This document shows, piece after piece, positions 23,901 to 38,700 of a stretch of DNA of 52,111 nt; within the stretch, counting starts at the first letter, position 1; each line of letters opens with the position of its first letter. The position numbers were made by a program, and so were the translations under genes. Source of the stretch: Catajapyx aquilonaris (taxonomy: Eukaryota); NCBI GenBank assembly GCA_000934665.2, contig KZ538150.1, forward strand, positions 62,001 to 114,111, in the 5' to 3' direction. The notes under the pieces were generated by a model. That model was given only the letters and a program-made list of their open reading frames with translations, was not told the origin of the DNA and made no database searches.

Positions 23901-24290
23901 AAACCCTTCAGTTAATAATATACCCAACCACAAAACAACTTATGGACTTCAACAAATTAATCCCAACACGCATGGTGGCAGTATAGAGGAAGTCACGGAA
24001 TCCCCCTTACTGCCTACTTGTGCCCTCAAATTCCTACACTGTAGGCTACCTGGCTTGAAGTTCCCAGTTGTGACATAACACGAGTTTCCCCGCCTACTCC
24101 CCAGTTTTATATTTACAACTGACATTAATGCGGACTCTGACATGCCTCCTCGACTCAAATAATTCTACGTCACGACTATGTTGGTTCCGCCGTTGCACGG
24201 TTCAACACACATGCCCCATACACTCTCCTCGTGTATATTCAATGGATGCTAATGGTGGGTTTTCAAAAGAGACGAAAAAAGGCTGCTGAC

Positions 24291-24412
24291 CTGAGAGCGA
24301 GTAGTCGTTCCTACGGCTCTCGGAATCCCGGATAAGGAACGCCCCATGTTCGTTTTCAGGAAGGAGAAGCTTCTTTTCCGCCTCGATGCGCTTGATCTTG
24401 CCAAAGTACCAT
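24291..24412 (-). CDS. Src42A: Src42A coding exon 2 (SH2 N-half)
   Basis: cgtttcag|A-TGG...; [41 protein letters not shown]|gtcagc donor; phases 2/1 fit neighbours. Confidence 0.96.
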
Positions 24413-25274
24413 CTGAAACGGAACAATGGAATCAAATGAATGAACATACCGTTGGGATTATCACACACATGATTCTTACATGCGAACACATCTAGATCTT
24501 GGATTTAGTGTCCATCCATGTACCCGCCTTACGAGTTAGTGAACCCTGTTTCACAATACAATATTTCTATACATAATACATATAAGGGCAATCAGCTAAC
24601 AGCAGGCAGTAATTCACAGTTGCCTGACTGCAAAGATTCTACCAACTTTACTACCGCACTCGACAGCGTTACATCAACCGACGTAACTCATAAAAAGCTG
24701 CGCCCCTCCGCATTCCTGCAGACGAAACAATACATAGCCGCATTGTGTTCGCCTGAAGCAATCGTGTCTGGAGATAAACGTGACTACCCCATTTTGAGGC
24801 CGTGTATTTCTAGGAAGAGAGTGGTCGAGACGGAAGAAAACCTCATCTACATAAGTCAGCAGGCAGGCAGAAGGTTGAAAAGTGGCAGGTGGCAACGAAG
24901 GAATCCTCCATTCCGTCTTCCTGCACAGGTTCAAAGGGGCTCATTTCAAATACGCTACCGGAATCGTGCCTTCATCACTTTCCGAGACCGGGAATCATTT
25001 CCATGTTGGTCCAACGTGAAAGTATATCCCCCCGGCTTCCAATCTTGCACCTTACACTTTCCCTCTATCCAAAAAGAGGTCTTTTGCATTACAGACACGC
25101 GAAAATGCACATCGCACAGCATAAATCAGTGATGATTGGTTTCATGCATTAGTGACAGAAACGCTTCGCTGGAGCTCAGTAAAAAAAACACGGCGCATTA
25201 TTGTATGAATTGTGTGATCATATATTCCACGGCAAGTCAATTCAAACCTGACGAGGGACGTGAAGTGGTGTAGT

Positions 25275-25500
25275 GGGTAACGTTACAGCCTCCATCTATG
25301 ACGTCCCACGTTTGATCCCCGGGTCGTCTCCGTGTTCGCGTCGGTTTTCTCAAGAGTTTTCCCGTTTTCCACATCCCAAAAATCTCTCCTTCTCACCTCT
25401 CATAAACCAGATAGCCTTAGTTGCGTTGGCTCCCCCAATCAATCAGGCAACCATACCTGACGAGTCACACACCTCAACGCGTGAAAAAATAAATATTCCT
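25275..25500 (+). mobile_element. Old tRNA-derived SINE remnant
   Basis: A-box TGGTGTAGTGG, B-box-like GTTTGATCCCC, pyrimidine-rich GTTTTCTC..GTTTTCCC body. Confidence 0.5.
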
Positions 25501-28500
25501 CTGCTCGACTATAAACTGTTTCTATCAGACTACGCTGTTTGAATGATGGCAATCCGATACAAAAATCCCACGTTACGGAAATGAATCCTGCACAGTTTGC
25601 CAGTTCCTCGATTCCATCTTGGATAAGAATAAAAAAAACAACCGTTGTTACATTCCTTCCCACGTTCACTCGATCGATTCATGTGTAACAGAAACCGATA
25701 GAACTAATGAGCACATGATACTGTGCACGAGTCCCGGATGCTCTCCTCATAATGGCGACTCTCATTAGCGGAGCATCATATCAATGCAGGTATTGTTGTT
25801 CGACTATACAAAGTGTATCAGCATACAGCTTAGTTCGTTCCGTGAAACTTGGATCGGCATAATGCAAAGTTGCAGTTCTGGGAATATGCCAAAATTACAA
25901 AATGTTACGAAGTACTCGGTTGACAGCGTGACCGGCGATATTGGCATTTCGCCTATTACCCAGTCAAAAGTGTCATTTATCCAGAATGTTCGAAAACCAA
26001 TTAGTACTTCGAATATTCACTGTAGTAAAAAACACCAATGCCACTACAGATATTGGTAAACAACAGCTGATGGCATACACTAATATTTACACATTTCAAC
26101 ACGTGCATTACAAGACACGTCCATGAAAGTTTCACTGAAACTGTACAGTGTATACCCCCATTACAAAACCTATTACGCATAATAGTAAACAGATGCTCAT
26201 CAGCGTGCCGCACTGATGTAACGACAGTCCAGGATGTGCAGATACGTGTCAGAAAATTATGCGGCCGCTGTGTGAACGACCTGCAGCGAAAGTCAAACCC
26301 CCTTCCATCCCTAAACAAACCCTGACAAGGATATCGCACCACGTCACAATGACAACCTCGTAGAGGTGAAAGCGATTCCTGTGAAAACCAAGACCCCAGC
26401 TAAATAGGCTTCCAACCGACTCCATTTTTGTAGGTTTCCAAAAGTTCGGAGAATGTACCAACTCTTTCCCCGTACCCCCAAAACGGCGGTGAAAATCCGA
26501 TTAACTATACAGAAACCGTAGGCCCAAATCATCCCCGACGGAAAGCATTAGCTCCAGAGGGAATGTTCCCTGGAAGTATGAATTAAAAATAATTGCTCTT
26601 CCCTCTCGCAGGATTACAACTTTTCCCGCCCACCCAAATTCGGAATAGCTAAAATTTTGAAGGCTTTGGGTGTCACCGTGCAAATCCAGCACCAATTACA
26701 TACGGTAATCCCCGCTCATGAATCGAGTTGTCCTCCATATATGAGGCTGCGGTGTGCACATCGACCTGTGTGCATGCATGCCTCTGCATATCCTAGTTTC
26801 CCCTGCAATTTATAATTTACAGAAAGTACACCTGATGTGAATGTTCCATTCGCACAATGTGACGTTCATAAATTACGTTAAAATTATTGTAATTAGTCGC
26901 GATGAAATTAAATACCCTCCAGATAATTTGGCTTACAAGCAAAAACTCTCCCAATAATTATTTTGCCGATTGGACGAAACATGATGCCCCACCTTGCCCG
27001 CAAGGGTAGGGCATACCTGAACCGTATCGATTCCCAGAAGTGCTCTATGCAATTCTAATTGACTTCGTTTCGCCTTAGAATTAGAAGTTGAGGCCGAATC
27101 AGGTTTCCATCGAAGAAAATAAGTTCTCGACTCTCCCCCCCTTCTTGTCCTACGACCGCAAACAAGAACCGATCCGAATTCGGTTCCTTTGGGGATATCG
27201 GGAATAGTGTTGAGGTTAGAATACACGCATGGCTCCGTGGCAGCAGGACCTAACGGTAATTCTCACTGGGCTCGGTTTCCATTCCACCACTATGGTCACT
27301 TATTTCTCTCGCTTTTCCCCTCCCTTGCGCCGCAGTCTGAATTTATTTCACGCTCCAACCACAATGGTCACCGTCGCGTTTTGGGACACGTTCCAGCCAT
27401 TATCAAATGTCAACTAATGCAAAAACCAGACGCAGTGCTACGGGGTGAGACTCAAGTCTCCTATCTAGGTTCAGGCGGGGTCAGACACGTAAGCTGCAAG
27501 AGGTGGATGTCGACTATAGCGAGAATACAGTTCATATGGCCATTCGGGTCAATGGTTAACCGTCTAGTTTATAAACCCTTTACACACTGTGATGTCGGCA
27601 AAGGGCAAAGATCAAGTAATCATTCTCCCCCGTGGCGATAAATGTTACCTCGCATGTTAAACCTGCAATCTTATACAGCGTAACGGGGCTGATTCTCATA
27701 ACAGCCCTCACATTACTGTTATGTCCTGACACGATATGGTGCCAAATCATCAGAAATTCAATACGTCCACTATTATTTATCCCACTTATTATATCGATTT
27801 TTCCATCATTTCTCCGACTCTGCAGTGACCGCCGGATGCCAGCCACATCCAGAAAAAAAACACCCTCTCATGCAATTAGAGCTTTTCCCCCAGAAAAAGA
27901 ATATCGACTTTCCTTCCAAGCTTTCTCTTCTGTCAATTAATCCTTCGCTATTCCTTTCTCACGTCGTCCCAGCCCGTACCAAAGGGCCCTAGACTCCTGA
28001 ATTCTACCTCTATAATAAGGGGTCGGGCATCTTTATTTCGGATTATCCAGATGTGCAAATTCCCTCGCCTGTGGACGGAATAACAAGAGCGGAATGGAAA
28101 CCACAGGGCATGAAATGGAAATCCTTATTCTGGAAGAACAGGAACACACTCCCTTTTCCCTTTCCACTCGTAAAGCCTAGCAGTAAAGCTAACGGGCCAG
28201 GAATGCACTCGTTACCCACAAATCTGGGGGGGGATCTGCCTAACTAGTTCCGAATAAAATTCATGTCGCGCAAGGTTGGTCGATATACCATGTACGGCAT
28301 GTGGCCCGGAGAGGGGTTTAAAAAAATTGACGAAAAAAAAATATAGGAAAGAAACAAGAGGTTTTCCGATGTTAGGCAAGCTTGCGGGTTATTCAGCACG
28401 GGTCGAGTCCGGCAACAACCTTGGCCTGTATCAGATTTTCTTGCAGGTTTTGGTTCATATATCCTTTTCATAATTATAAACTACAATGAAAAAGCGAAAC

Positions 28501-28776
28501 AACTAACGTAAGATCGACTTTTGCATACAATGCTGGCATATTGGGTTCTCAGAATTTATCCTAATATATACATGTAATCAGAAAAGGATGTCGTTTTATC
28601 CTGACGGGAATATATTTTTGTTTCAAAAGAATCAGGAGATTTCTAATAGTTTTTAAATGGACCAATGATCAACATTAGCAGCTTGAAGGCCTCGATTCAT
28701 ATAAAAATCAAGTAGTACAGAGAAGAAATGTATACACAACTTATATAGGCCCACTTCGATTCCATTCACTGAAGTA

Positions 28777-29710
28777 CTTGCCCTGATCTGAAAATATTGG
28801 GACACCCCCAAAAAATGGAGTGGTGGGGTTATACACAGGATGTGATAAAAAGTTTCCATTAAGATTATCTGGACTTTAGAATGGATAATTATGAATAGTA
28901 ACAATTGAGCTAGGAGGATACCAAATTTGAAGTTCATTTGACAGTTAACAACTGAAATAAATACGATTATACCTTGGACAGTGAATTTCTGTGGGGTCTG
29001 GTAAAAATTGCTGCCACTATGTTAATTTCTTACTTAGCGGGATGTAAATGTTGATAATGAACCTGAGGGGCCGCACAAACCCAAAAACAGTTATGACATT
29101 AATTACAAAAAATCTAGCACAAAATTAAAAAATATTTATCGCAAGTGGATTTTTTCAGAAATTGATACACTTGGCTGTACCACATCTAACGGTGTTATTT
29201 ATTAATAAATTAAAATGTGATAGTATTGTTTATTTAGAACTCAGTCCAATGTGCTATGATAAAAAATTTCATTGCAATTAAAGTAAAATGGCTTTAAATA
29301 TTCCTTAATTCAAAAATGCACAGAAAATGGCATATCTGCAAGCCATGATAAATATTTTTTAATTTTGTGCTAGATTTTTTGTATTAATGTCATAACTGTT
29401 TTTGGGTTTGTGCGGCCCCTCAGGTTCATTATCAACATTTACATCCCGCTAAGTAAGAAATAAACAGAGTGGCAGCAATTTTTACCAGACCCCACAGAAA
29501 TTTCACTGTCCAAGGTATAATCGTATTTATTTCAGTTGTTAACTGTCAAATGAACTTCAAATTTGGTATCCTCCTAGCTCAATTGTTACTATTCATAATT
29601 ATCCATTCTAAAGTCCAGATAATCTTAATGGAAACTTTTTATCACATCCTGTGTATAACCATACCACTCCATTTTTTGGGGGTGTCCCAATATTTTCAGA
29701 TCAGAGCAAG
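28777..29710. mobile_element. Long-TIR (foldback/Tc1-type) non-autonomous transposon
   Basis: 364-bp arms 28777-29140 and 29347-29710, near-identical in inverted orientation; 206-bp spacer; TA TSD; explains the twin MNFKFGILLAQ ORFs on opposite strands. Confidence 0.92.
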
Positions 29711-32700
29711 TATATACCATATGGGAATTTCCGCCAAAGAAAGTACAACTCTCATGAGAAAATGCGATGACGCGGATTGTACATTTTTACAGCAACACGA
29801 ACCCAAACCAGAGCCTCTATCCTTCAAGGGACTAGCAACAGTATCATCTTGGGTTTCCAAGAGTACATCTTCGCCCCTCTTCATCATTTCCAGAGTGGAA
29901 TTATAAATCATTCACTCTGTAAAATTATTCAAGTCCGCGCCAAATGTTTTGGCGATTAGGAATCTCCCCACAGAGGTCACGGATTCATAGATTATGCATT
30001 AGCTGGGATAGGCTCGAGAGGCCTGGAATTATGGTGCACCAATATCCTCTCGTGAAAATATCGGCAGTTAATATTTAAAGAAGCTTTACATCTATTTGGT
30101 CCGTGTTGCTATCCAAATCGGGCGAAGCGACAGCATTATACACGCAGGTGAAGGTGTAAGAATTACTACACATTACACGCACTCCTTAAAAAAACATTTA
30201 CAAAAACAGCGTGCATTTCACACACAAAAACTCATTCTCCACCTAAAAATGAAATAATCTTGTTTCATGCCGCTTTCTACATGAAACTTTCCGCGAATGT
30301 CGCGATGACTTAATTAGCAACGGGGGAAGTCCAGCTGGACACGACACATTTTTGTCGTAAAACTGCTCTCCGCGTCCGTTTTGAGTTACGTCGGAGAAAC
30401 TCCCCGTCAGTTTCACTTTTATCATGCATCCTAATTATAACTCCCCGACGACACTAACTTTTCACAAAATCGCCCCACATTACCCATTCCATCCCACCTG
30501 CAGCCTGGTAAACTCCACTTTACAACCAACTCTATCAAGTTTGCATTGAAATTCCGTCAGCGGCAGAAAAGGCGCAATGGAAACTTAACACGTGACCGCC
30601 ATCCGAATCGGGTTGAGCGGGCAAAGAGGCCGAGAATAAGTCATGCATGGCTTCTATTTTCCTTTTAGTCGACAGCCTGCATTTGAACAAGTTCACCCGG
30701 TAGTAATTCCCCTGCACTTATCCCGTCAGCAACCGCTACTTCGCCTGGCCACCCTGACTTGACTAACCAAGTTTCCATGCATTCTTTCCAGCACACTTCC
30801 AACGGATGTCTCCCAAAATCAGAGTGGTAACTGCATGGCTGCATTTGAAAAAGGGGATGATGGATTTCAGATTTCCTAGTCACGCCCACTGTTCTAGAAT
30901 AATTCCATTTTTAAATGGCAAAATCGCGTTTTTAAAGCACTTCAAATGGCTTGCGCCACATTCCAGGATCGAGACACCTGCAGGTCCATATATGTAGTAT
31001 AGGGTTTCCCCTGCAATGTGACATGCCTGTTTGCATCATTACATAACACTTGAACGTCACTTGGCCCATATGTCAGGTCAGTTTGCACTGTGTTGTAAAA
31101 TGGCTTGGAAGCCAAGAAAAACTACACGGTCGGTTTATTTCGGGAGCTGAGACCAACAGACGCTGCTGGGATGAATGAACTAACTCATAAGATGGATGAA
31201 TGAATGAATATGGGCGGGAAGGGGCAGTTTGTTACTTTTCGTAGCTTCCTGCGCCCATTTTTTGTGCCCGCAACAAAAATTAAGAAAAGGTCCCGGCTTA
31301 ACGAACTCAATTATTCTCGTAATAACTGGATAATTATTTTAACTGTGCTTGTATATATGGCGTGGCCTCACTAGTGACCAGCATTTCGGCAGGTTAGACA
31401 ATGCGCCGGATACAATACAACAGCACAGTATACTTTTACATTTTCAGAGAATATATTGCTCCTTCATGTATTTGAATTACGTACGGAACAGGGACAGTTC
31501 CTGTGTAAAACAAGGGTCATCATCACGCTATCTTCACCATGCAAGGCCTTCCCCTGTTTCCAACAAGGGCCATCCAAAAGTCATTAACAGCACAAAAAAA
31601 GTATAATAGCCTGTGGCGTACATGCACCATATGTTTACATTGCCTGTGCACTCCTTTAGTGGCTATTACTCAAAGCTTCCATAAACCATTTGTGTCGTGC
31701 CCTGTGTACTTATGTGCATTATGGAAATGAAGTACAGAATAGCTGTAGAGTGACAGCAGTCTAACGAGGTACTGACATTACTATACCCTTTACGTTTGCC
31801 CAGGCTGTGACATCACAACCACTGTTATACACAAATATGTGAATGATTGAAACTAATGTGATATGCTGGCGATATTTTAAATTCACCAGCACAACTTCAT
31901 GCATGGCACTACATATGATACAGCCATGTCTTGTTTACAATGCCACATTTTTCGCGCCTGCCTGTCAACAATTAAACTGTCACAATTCAATGCCCTTTTG
32001 CCTGTCTGACTGACTGCAGCGTGTATAGGTCGCATAATCCTGTCAAGGTCCGCAAAATTGAGGTCCATCCGTTGCGTCAAGAGTCCAGCTATGCCTGGTA
32101 CCAAGTATTGGGATCCCATGCCACCCACTAAAAATCCTGTTCATCGGAATTCCTCCTGTCTTTTTCGGTTGAGCGAAACCGCCGAAAAAGCAGGCGGCAG
32201 TTCCAAGTGGCGCAACACCGGAATTCCAATCTGAGCAAAAAGTCCCACTCTTCACCGGCGTTTATGGATGTTTGTGTTCCGCCCGGGCAGATACCGACCA
32301 TTTCCAGACGCCAGCCCTTTTGGTCGGATGAACCCAACCGTGCGTAACTACACTCAGAATCATAGCCCTCGCCGGAGGAGCCCTTGTGCTTCGGAAGAAA
32401 AGAGAACACAATCCTAAGAAGGATGCGACGTGGGGAGAAGGAAGCAGATGGTCCTCCCCGAGCATAAATCCAAAGCATTCTTCAGGACCAGAACCAGAGG
32501 AACAACGTTTTGGACCCCGTCCAAAATTCAATCTTATCCTGCAGCTTCCTTTACGGACTGCCACTCTCACGAAAAGACAAGGACAGGCCAGAAAAAAAAA
32601 ACTGCAAAAAATAATATTCGATAAGAGTGCAGGCTTGGGTCCTTGCGTTTATCCAGGACATGGTATACTATCGTTTCAGAAATGCTAGCAGTGATAGGGC

Positions 32701-35700
32701 ATATTTTCTCCTCGAGGTTTATTTACGTTTCGATATACTGCGCCCCAGAGACTGTCGTATGTAGCACAGTGTAGCACCAAAACGGTACTCGGGGATCCAT
32801 AATGTTCGGGCTCCTCAGTCTCAAACAGAACAATGTGCCGCTTCCCACAAAGATTTACGGTCATGTTGTATGGCATGCTACTAGTATAAATGCAATTGCG
32901 GCGAGAATTGCGGTCTTTTCTTCAAAGCTTCAAATTTTCAATGCACCATACTCCATAAAACAGCAACTCTACATCACGACAATCAAACACAACGCATGCC
33001 ATGGGGAATGCAGCTTAAGCTTATATGGAAGTTGTTTTCACATCCTTATTGAGAAATCAAAAACACGTCGAGAAAGTTGTTGAACATCAGGTTCGAAATT
33101 CTCCAGCAATGGGAACAGCTAGAATTTAGTTCAGATTTCGGATCATCCTTTTTTATACGATAAGAATCGCTATAAAACTCCGTCCTACATGTTTCAATTA
33201 TCCCCACATCTGCTGCGACATAAATTACGATAAAATAATAACGACGTCTGTAATGTTTCCGTCTTTTTAAAAAGGTTTACAAATTAATGCTTTTCTTTCC
33301 TTCAGAACAATTTCGCGATATCGGAATCTATACTTTCCACCTGAATTTCCCCGCTCCACTGTGAAAGAGGAAATCACTTATCAGTTAAGTCGGCGCTATT
33401 CCGCAACGATCTACTTGAAACACTGCATGATGTATGGAAAAAAATACACGAAAAGGTCATCTGCAAAGGGCTGGCAATAATTGAAATGCACGATTGAATC
33501 AGCAATTTCCTAACGATGCAACTAAATAATGTGCTACCATGTACAACTCTCTTGCCTTCGCACTGTAGCATGTAAGTAGGCTACACTCCTCTCCTAATTT
33601 AGCAAACTCTAATTCGCAACGGTGAAAGTTTTCAATTTTTCTCACTTAAAAGGACGTGCGCATACAGTACATAGGAGCCCTGCAACAGAAAAATAAAGCC
33701 TTGGACACATTTGCATACGCGCTTGGCTTATGGTGCGAAGGTTTGCAACGACCTAGATTTTCGAGTTACTTAATTTGCAAGTTGATGTTGAGAGCAATCA
33801 TCCCCCCTGCCCACCACTAAGGAAGTTGCTTGCTCTATTCACACACTGGGCGTACAGTATGCACACTAGTGTCATGCACACTCGAGGTCACCCTGATCAA
33901 CTGCTAATTATAGAGAAATGCTGCAGGGAGTTGCATTATTGCACTGCCTTATATTCACTGTGAGTAGTCAAGTGTCCACATGTCACCTAAACTGACGGTA
34001 TAACTGGCGGCCTTTTTTTCCTGTCCCACTGTATGAAAAATGCAACATCGTGTGTACAGTACAGTACGGCAAAAATAGCTGCAATGCTACAAGGTCATTA
34101 TCCAGTTTCTATCAGTGATATAGTCGCCGTCATGTGACCTATCAAGGGTGAGGGTGGGACATGAAGATATAGCACGTATAAACAGAAAAGGGGAGGTTAG
34201 TACTGCAGCCTGTGGAGAGCATCGAGCTCGGTAAGGTCAGTTATATTGCATAGGTGTAGCTCTCTTCCTGCCCACTACGTTCTCCCGAAACGGCCCAGTC
34301 CAGCTTTCACTTTCCATATGACCTAAGTGGTCACTTCCCACAACCGGCGACAAGGTGAAATCTGATCCAGAACATGCGAAGGCGTTTCATTTACTTTGCT
34401 CCTACGCCATATCAGTACTTTTGCCACAAAAACCTGCCATTTTCTACATATTGCCCCGATCCATGTCGTGATAAAACCCATTTTGTCCGGTGCGTTTCCA
34501 CTCGGTTTCCACACAGTTTCCAGACGTGCAAAATCTTCCGGTTTCCCTTCGCAGCACTAGGCAAAAAAATAATTAGAACCAGTTAGACGACATAGCATTG
34601 ATTTCACAGCTGAGAAAGTAGTCTAGCATGAGCAGGATTTCATACATGTCCGACACCCGACTATTCGTTACCTCGCATCGTCCTGTGCACGGTTTTGCAT
34701 GCCATGTCCTGCGTATTGCCGGTGACCTTTTGCGATATGCAAGCATTACTGTAAAATAATCCCACCTGATAGGCATTTTAGCCTTTCCGCCTCCTTGTCC
34801 TGGTAAAACTTAACGGTAGCAATCTTAAGACACACTCCATTGCCTGGTGTCGTTGGAGACAAGAAACGAGGCATCCTACCCCAGTCATATCACTGACTAG
34901 CAAACTGGGATAATAAACCGCCATATATCAACAAAATAAGTTGATAATTTTCGGACGTCACGTGTCTAAATAAAAGATAAACATTCGGTTCTTTCCCCAG
35001 GTATTGGATAGTGTGTTCTAGCAATGATCCTATCAACATTGGGCTACGCATGTTTATCGAGACTGATCAGATTTGAAACTTGTTTAAAACAGTCGGATTA
35101 TATGGTTAGTAACCTTTTCTTTCTGTTGTTCTACGTCTCGCCTCGGATTAGCGAACATATTGCAATGAACGTCATGATAAGAATTTCAATTATTGTGAAA
35201 AGGTACGCCCAGGTCATTTTTTATCATCTCTTGAACAACCTTGCGACAAGTAGACCCGCCATGTCTCAGTTAACAGTATACTTCAAATTTCCTGAAATGT
35301 CAAGGGATTAAAATCGTCACGAACAATGCTGCACTAAGCAAGTCGGCTATTCCAGCAAATCGGAAGTTCGGCACATGCAGCTTCTGTGGTAACACGCAGA
35401 ATAGCTACACGAAGCTGGTGGCTTTTTGGACTCTCCAGGTGAATTGATGAGTTTCGGGCCGCTCCACTTCCCCCCACCAACTCCCCCACACCATTTACAT
35501 CAGCCTATTTCCAACATCCAACAACCCTGAACCAGAAATCCGCCTAGAACTGACCAGTGTACCCAATTTGCCGACCAAATAGCTAACAAAGCCAGACTTT
35601 TTGTGCTGCAGGCGGGCACGCCTCACAAGGTTCGCACCTCTCCCGCCCCCCTTTATTCCGACCAGAAAGCTGAATGAGTGCCAATGGTGCAGGATGCAAG

Positions 35701-38700
35701 TTCTGTGGGAGCGCGCATCAACAAAACGAGATGTGGCGGCACACATGTGCGAATATGTGGAGCGAGTGAGGCAGTTCCCAAAGGTGCACACGTCTGCCCC
35801 ACTTCCTCGCCCTCCCGGCCCCACCTTGGCCTCCCTCCAAATCCAACGCTCCTTCGCCATCCCACGCATTCCTTGTGCACACCTATCCTCACCATTCAAT
35901 ATGTAAACATATCCACTTGAATGTCATTTATAGGTGCAAGTACACTTCAACCGAATTCTATGTGTTTGGTAAGAATATGGCCAAATAGGAAACTCAACGA
36001 TTATTTGGGGTCGTGAAGCAGACACGTTCTGGTTCTCTTTATTGCTGGCTGCACTTTGCTCCCTGCAAGAGCTGCTACCTCAGGCCATTGATTTATTACA
36101 CGGTGGCCACAATGTGGTGGAGGCATACGAATCGCTTCGATCAAGCAGGTGACTGCAGTTGACAGAATCGCAAGCGATTAAGGTGACTAGTTCCGCGTTT
36201 TTATTCCACATGCTGCGTGCTGGGTAAACACGTACAGTACATTTACCAAATCCAAATAACAATTAAGCACCCCTCGGCCTGCGAATGGGTGCAATAATAC
36301 GTGAAATTCCTGCATCAATGATTGTCGGTTGAAGCTATAGAGGCATTATTTAACTTCATGTAATGTAAACAATGTATGCACAAACGGTATAATTAACTCA
36401 TGCCATTTCACTTAGCCCTTTTAGCTTTAATCCACACATCGGTTAAAAACCAATCGGCCGAAACTTACTTGAACTATGCGATATACCGTTGCGCTTTGAA
36501 GCTGGCTTTGCATGAAATATTGTGATCCCTTGTTCCATTCACATGGCACAGTGAACACCAAAAACAAATAAGCTAATTAACAGTAACTTCCGCCACATAT
36601 TAGCACCCTGTCAATACAGAACTGGATAATCTTTACACTATGCAGCTTATTATTGGCCAATGTGTCGCCACAACCCAGAGATTAATTTAACGGAACAATA
36701 TACACCGCTGCTGACCATGCAGTTTGGTTAGTTCTGTACATACTGCCGACTAGACAGCTCAACAACCTGCCAACGAACTGACTCAACCCACTTAGGCGAT
36801 TCGACTTGGCTCAGTATCTGGGCTGCAAGCACATCATTATATCGGCATGCTTTAGACCTGTCCAACAGCGATACTCTACGGTCTATGCACTACAATGCCC
36901 TCACTTACATGCAAAAGAAAACATTCTCTTGGTCTCAGCCAAGAATGCTCGTCCAATTTACTTATAATCCAAAATAACACTTTCCAGTTTAATGGCCACA
37001 GCCTTGGAACCCTCCTCGTCCACACTTGCAGCTTGGCGGCTCTTGCCGTTCTGCACAGAAAGTTATTGTCTGCTTTTCGCTTTACTTCTCTGCAAATTGC
37101 CAGTAGAAGTCCGCTTCGAGGGTTAATTAGCACCTGATTGACTTGCCAGCAACTCCGCACCTTACGACCTACATTTTCTGGCCCTTTCAACTGCCATTAA
37201 AATTTTAGCAATCATACTTCTTAATAAGCTTCATTACTTTTGGGTCAAAAGGAAATGTATCATATATTATTAGTTTATTACTGTACTGCAACTTGCAAGA
37301 TGTGGTTGGAAAATTGTCACTTGTGAATTTGCAGAGAATCTTTAAATGTGGTCGTAAGTGCCAACCAACGGGCAGATCAACGGTGTCTATATTATTTTCG
37401 CAGCTCTGTCCAATACTGTCAAGGTCGAGGTGCCATCATATGCCGCGGCTCCAACGACTTCACTGGAATTCCAGTTATGTTGCTACTCCACTGCAAATAT
37501 GGAGAACAGCGCAGCGTCTTGGTTCTTAACGAGTCCTCATTGTTGACATCCGAATGACGAGGAATTCTGGACGTGTTTTGATGTTTAGATGTGTCCCACA
37601 TGACCTCCATGACGTATAAAGATACTGGATTTCCAGTAGTTGGACCAGTTCATTATGGAATACCAGAAGACAGTGGGAAGCCCTCACCTTTTTCCATGGA
37701 GTTATTCTGTTGTGCCAATGTTATCTCATTGGATATCACATCTCTTCCTGGATTAGGCAGATCTACTGGAACTCTCAGCTGAGATCTCCCCCGAATTCCT
37801 TGAATGTACTATTCACCCACAATTACCCTGTAATTCCTTTCCTCCTTCAAGTTACATTCATTTACACTTGACTCAGGCCATCCAGACCGGGGCCAACAAT
37901 CCTAACTATAATTTGATAGCTACTAATGCACTTCACTGGCTCCCCACACCTTCATGGGGGGCTCAGATAACATTATCTGAGTAGTAAATCAATTAGCACG
38001 GCCTTGAGACACAGCTTGACTAAAGCTGCTCTGAATGTCCCCAGAAGATGCGTCATTATCCCCTCCTTCTCCAGGAACTTGGTTATATCCAAGCACACGC
38101 TCATTCATCCGACAGCTCCTGGAAGCCTGGTGCTCACTTATTTATTCGCTGCCGGATGAGCTGCCCAGTGGACATCCAATTTGACCATGCTAACTAGACA
38201 AGTTAACGAGGTGGCTCGTAATAAAGGCGATGGCTTCATGAGCACTGATTGAACTTGACGTGTTTAGGATGGAATTTTGAACCAGGCTTAAAACTCTACG
38301 CAAAATTTACAACCTCTGCGGATGCTGCGGAAGTGCTCTCGGTGGAGCTGTATCCCACTTTCCCAGCCAAATTAATTGCCGATCCTCTAGGGAACGTGTT
38401 AATTGACTGTTAATAATCTCGCCCTCCGAAATAATTAAATTATTTGCAATAATTTGCAAGCGGCGCGACACATACGTCTTCCACCAGTTGATTTATCGTA
38501 CTCCGCATATGTAGTACATAGTAGACCCAGTTGAAAATGAGTGAATAGAGTCCGACTCATTGAAAACTCCACTTGGACGTTAATATAATATTATTTTGGT
38601 AGCCACATTCCACGGGAAGAATGCAGTGAGATAACTGCGCTCCAAGAGTACGTTGCACTGGTTCATCTATATAGAACACATTTTTTATGCAGTGTCTCCT

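Noticed and set aside
24518..25132. 204-aa plus-strand ORF in a Src42A intron
   Set aside because: No recognisable domain, splice or promoter support; cannot be distinguished from chance without a search
29469..29906. Twin ORFs MNFKFGILLAQ... on opposite strands (also 28653-28937)
   Set aside because: By-product of the 364-bp inverted repeat; no recognisable protein family
37688..37810. Strong AAAG|gtgagg donor as a Src42A alternative exon
   Set aside because: The open frame ends in phase 1, whereas the SH2 exon needs phase 2; upstream stops in the other frames
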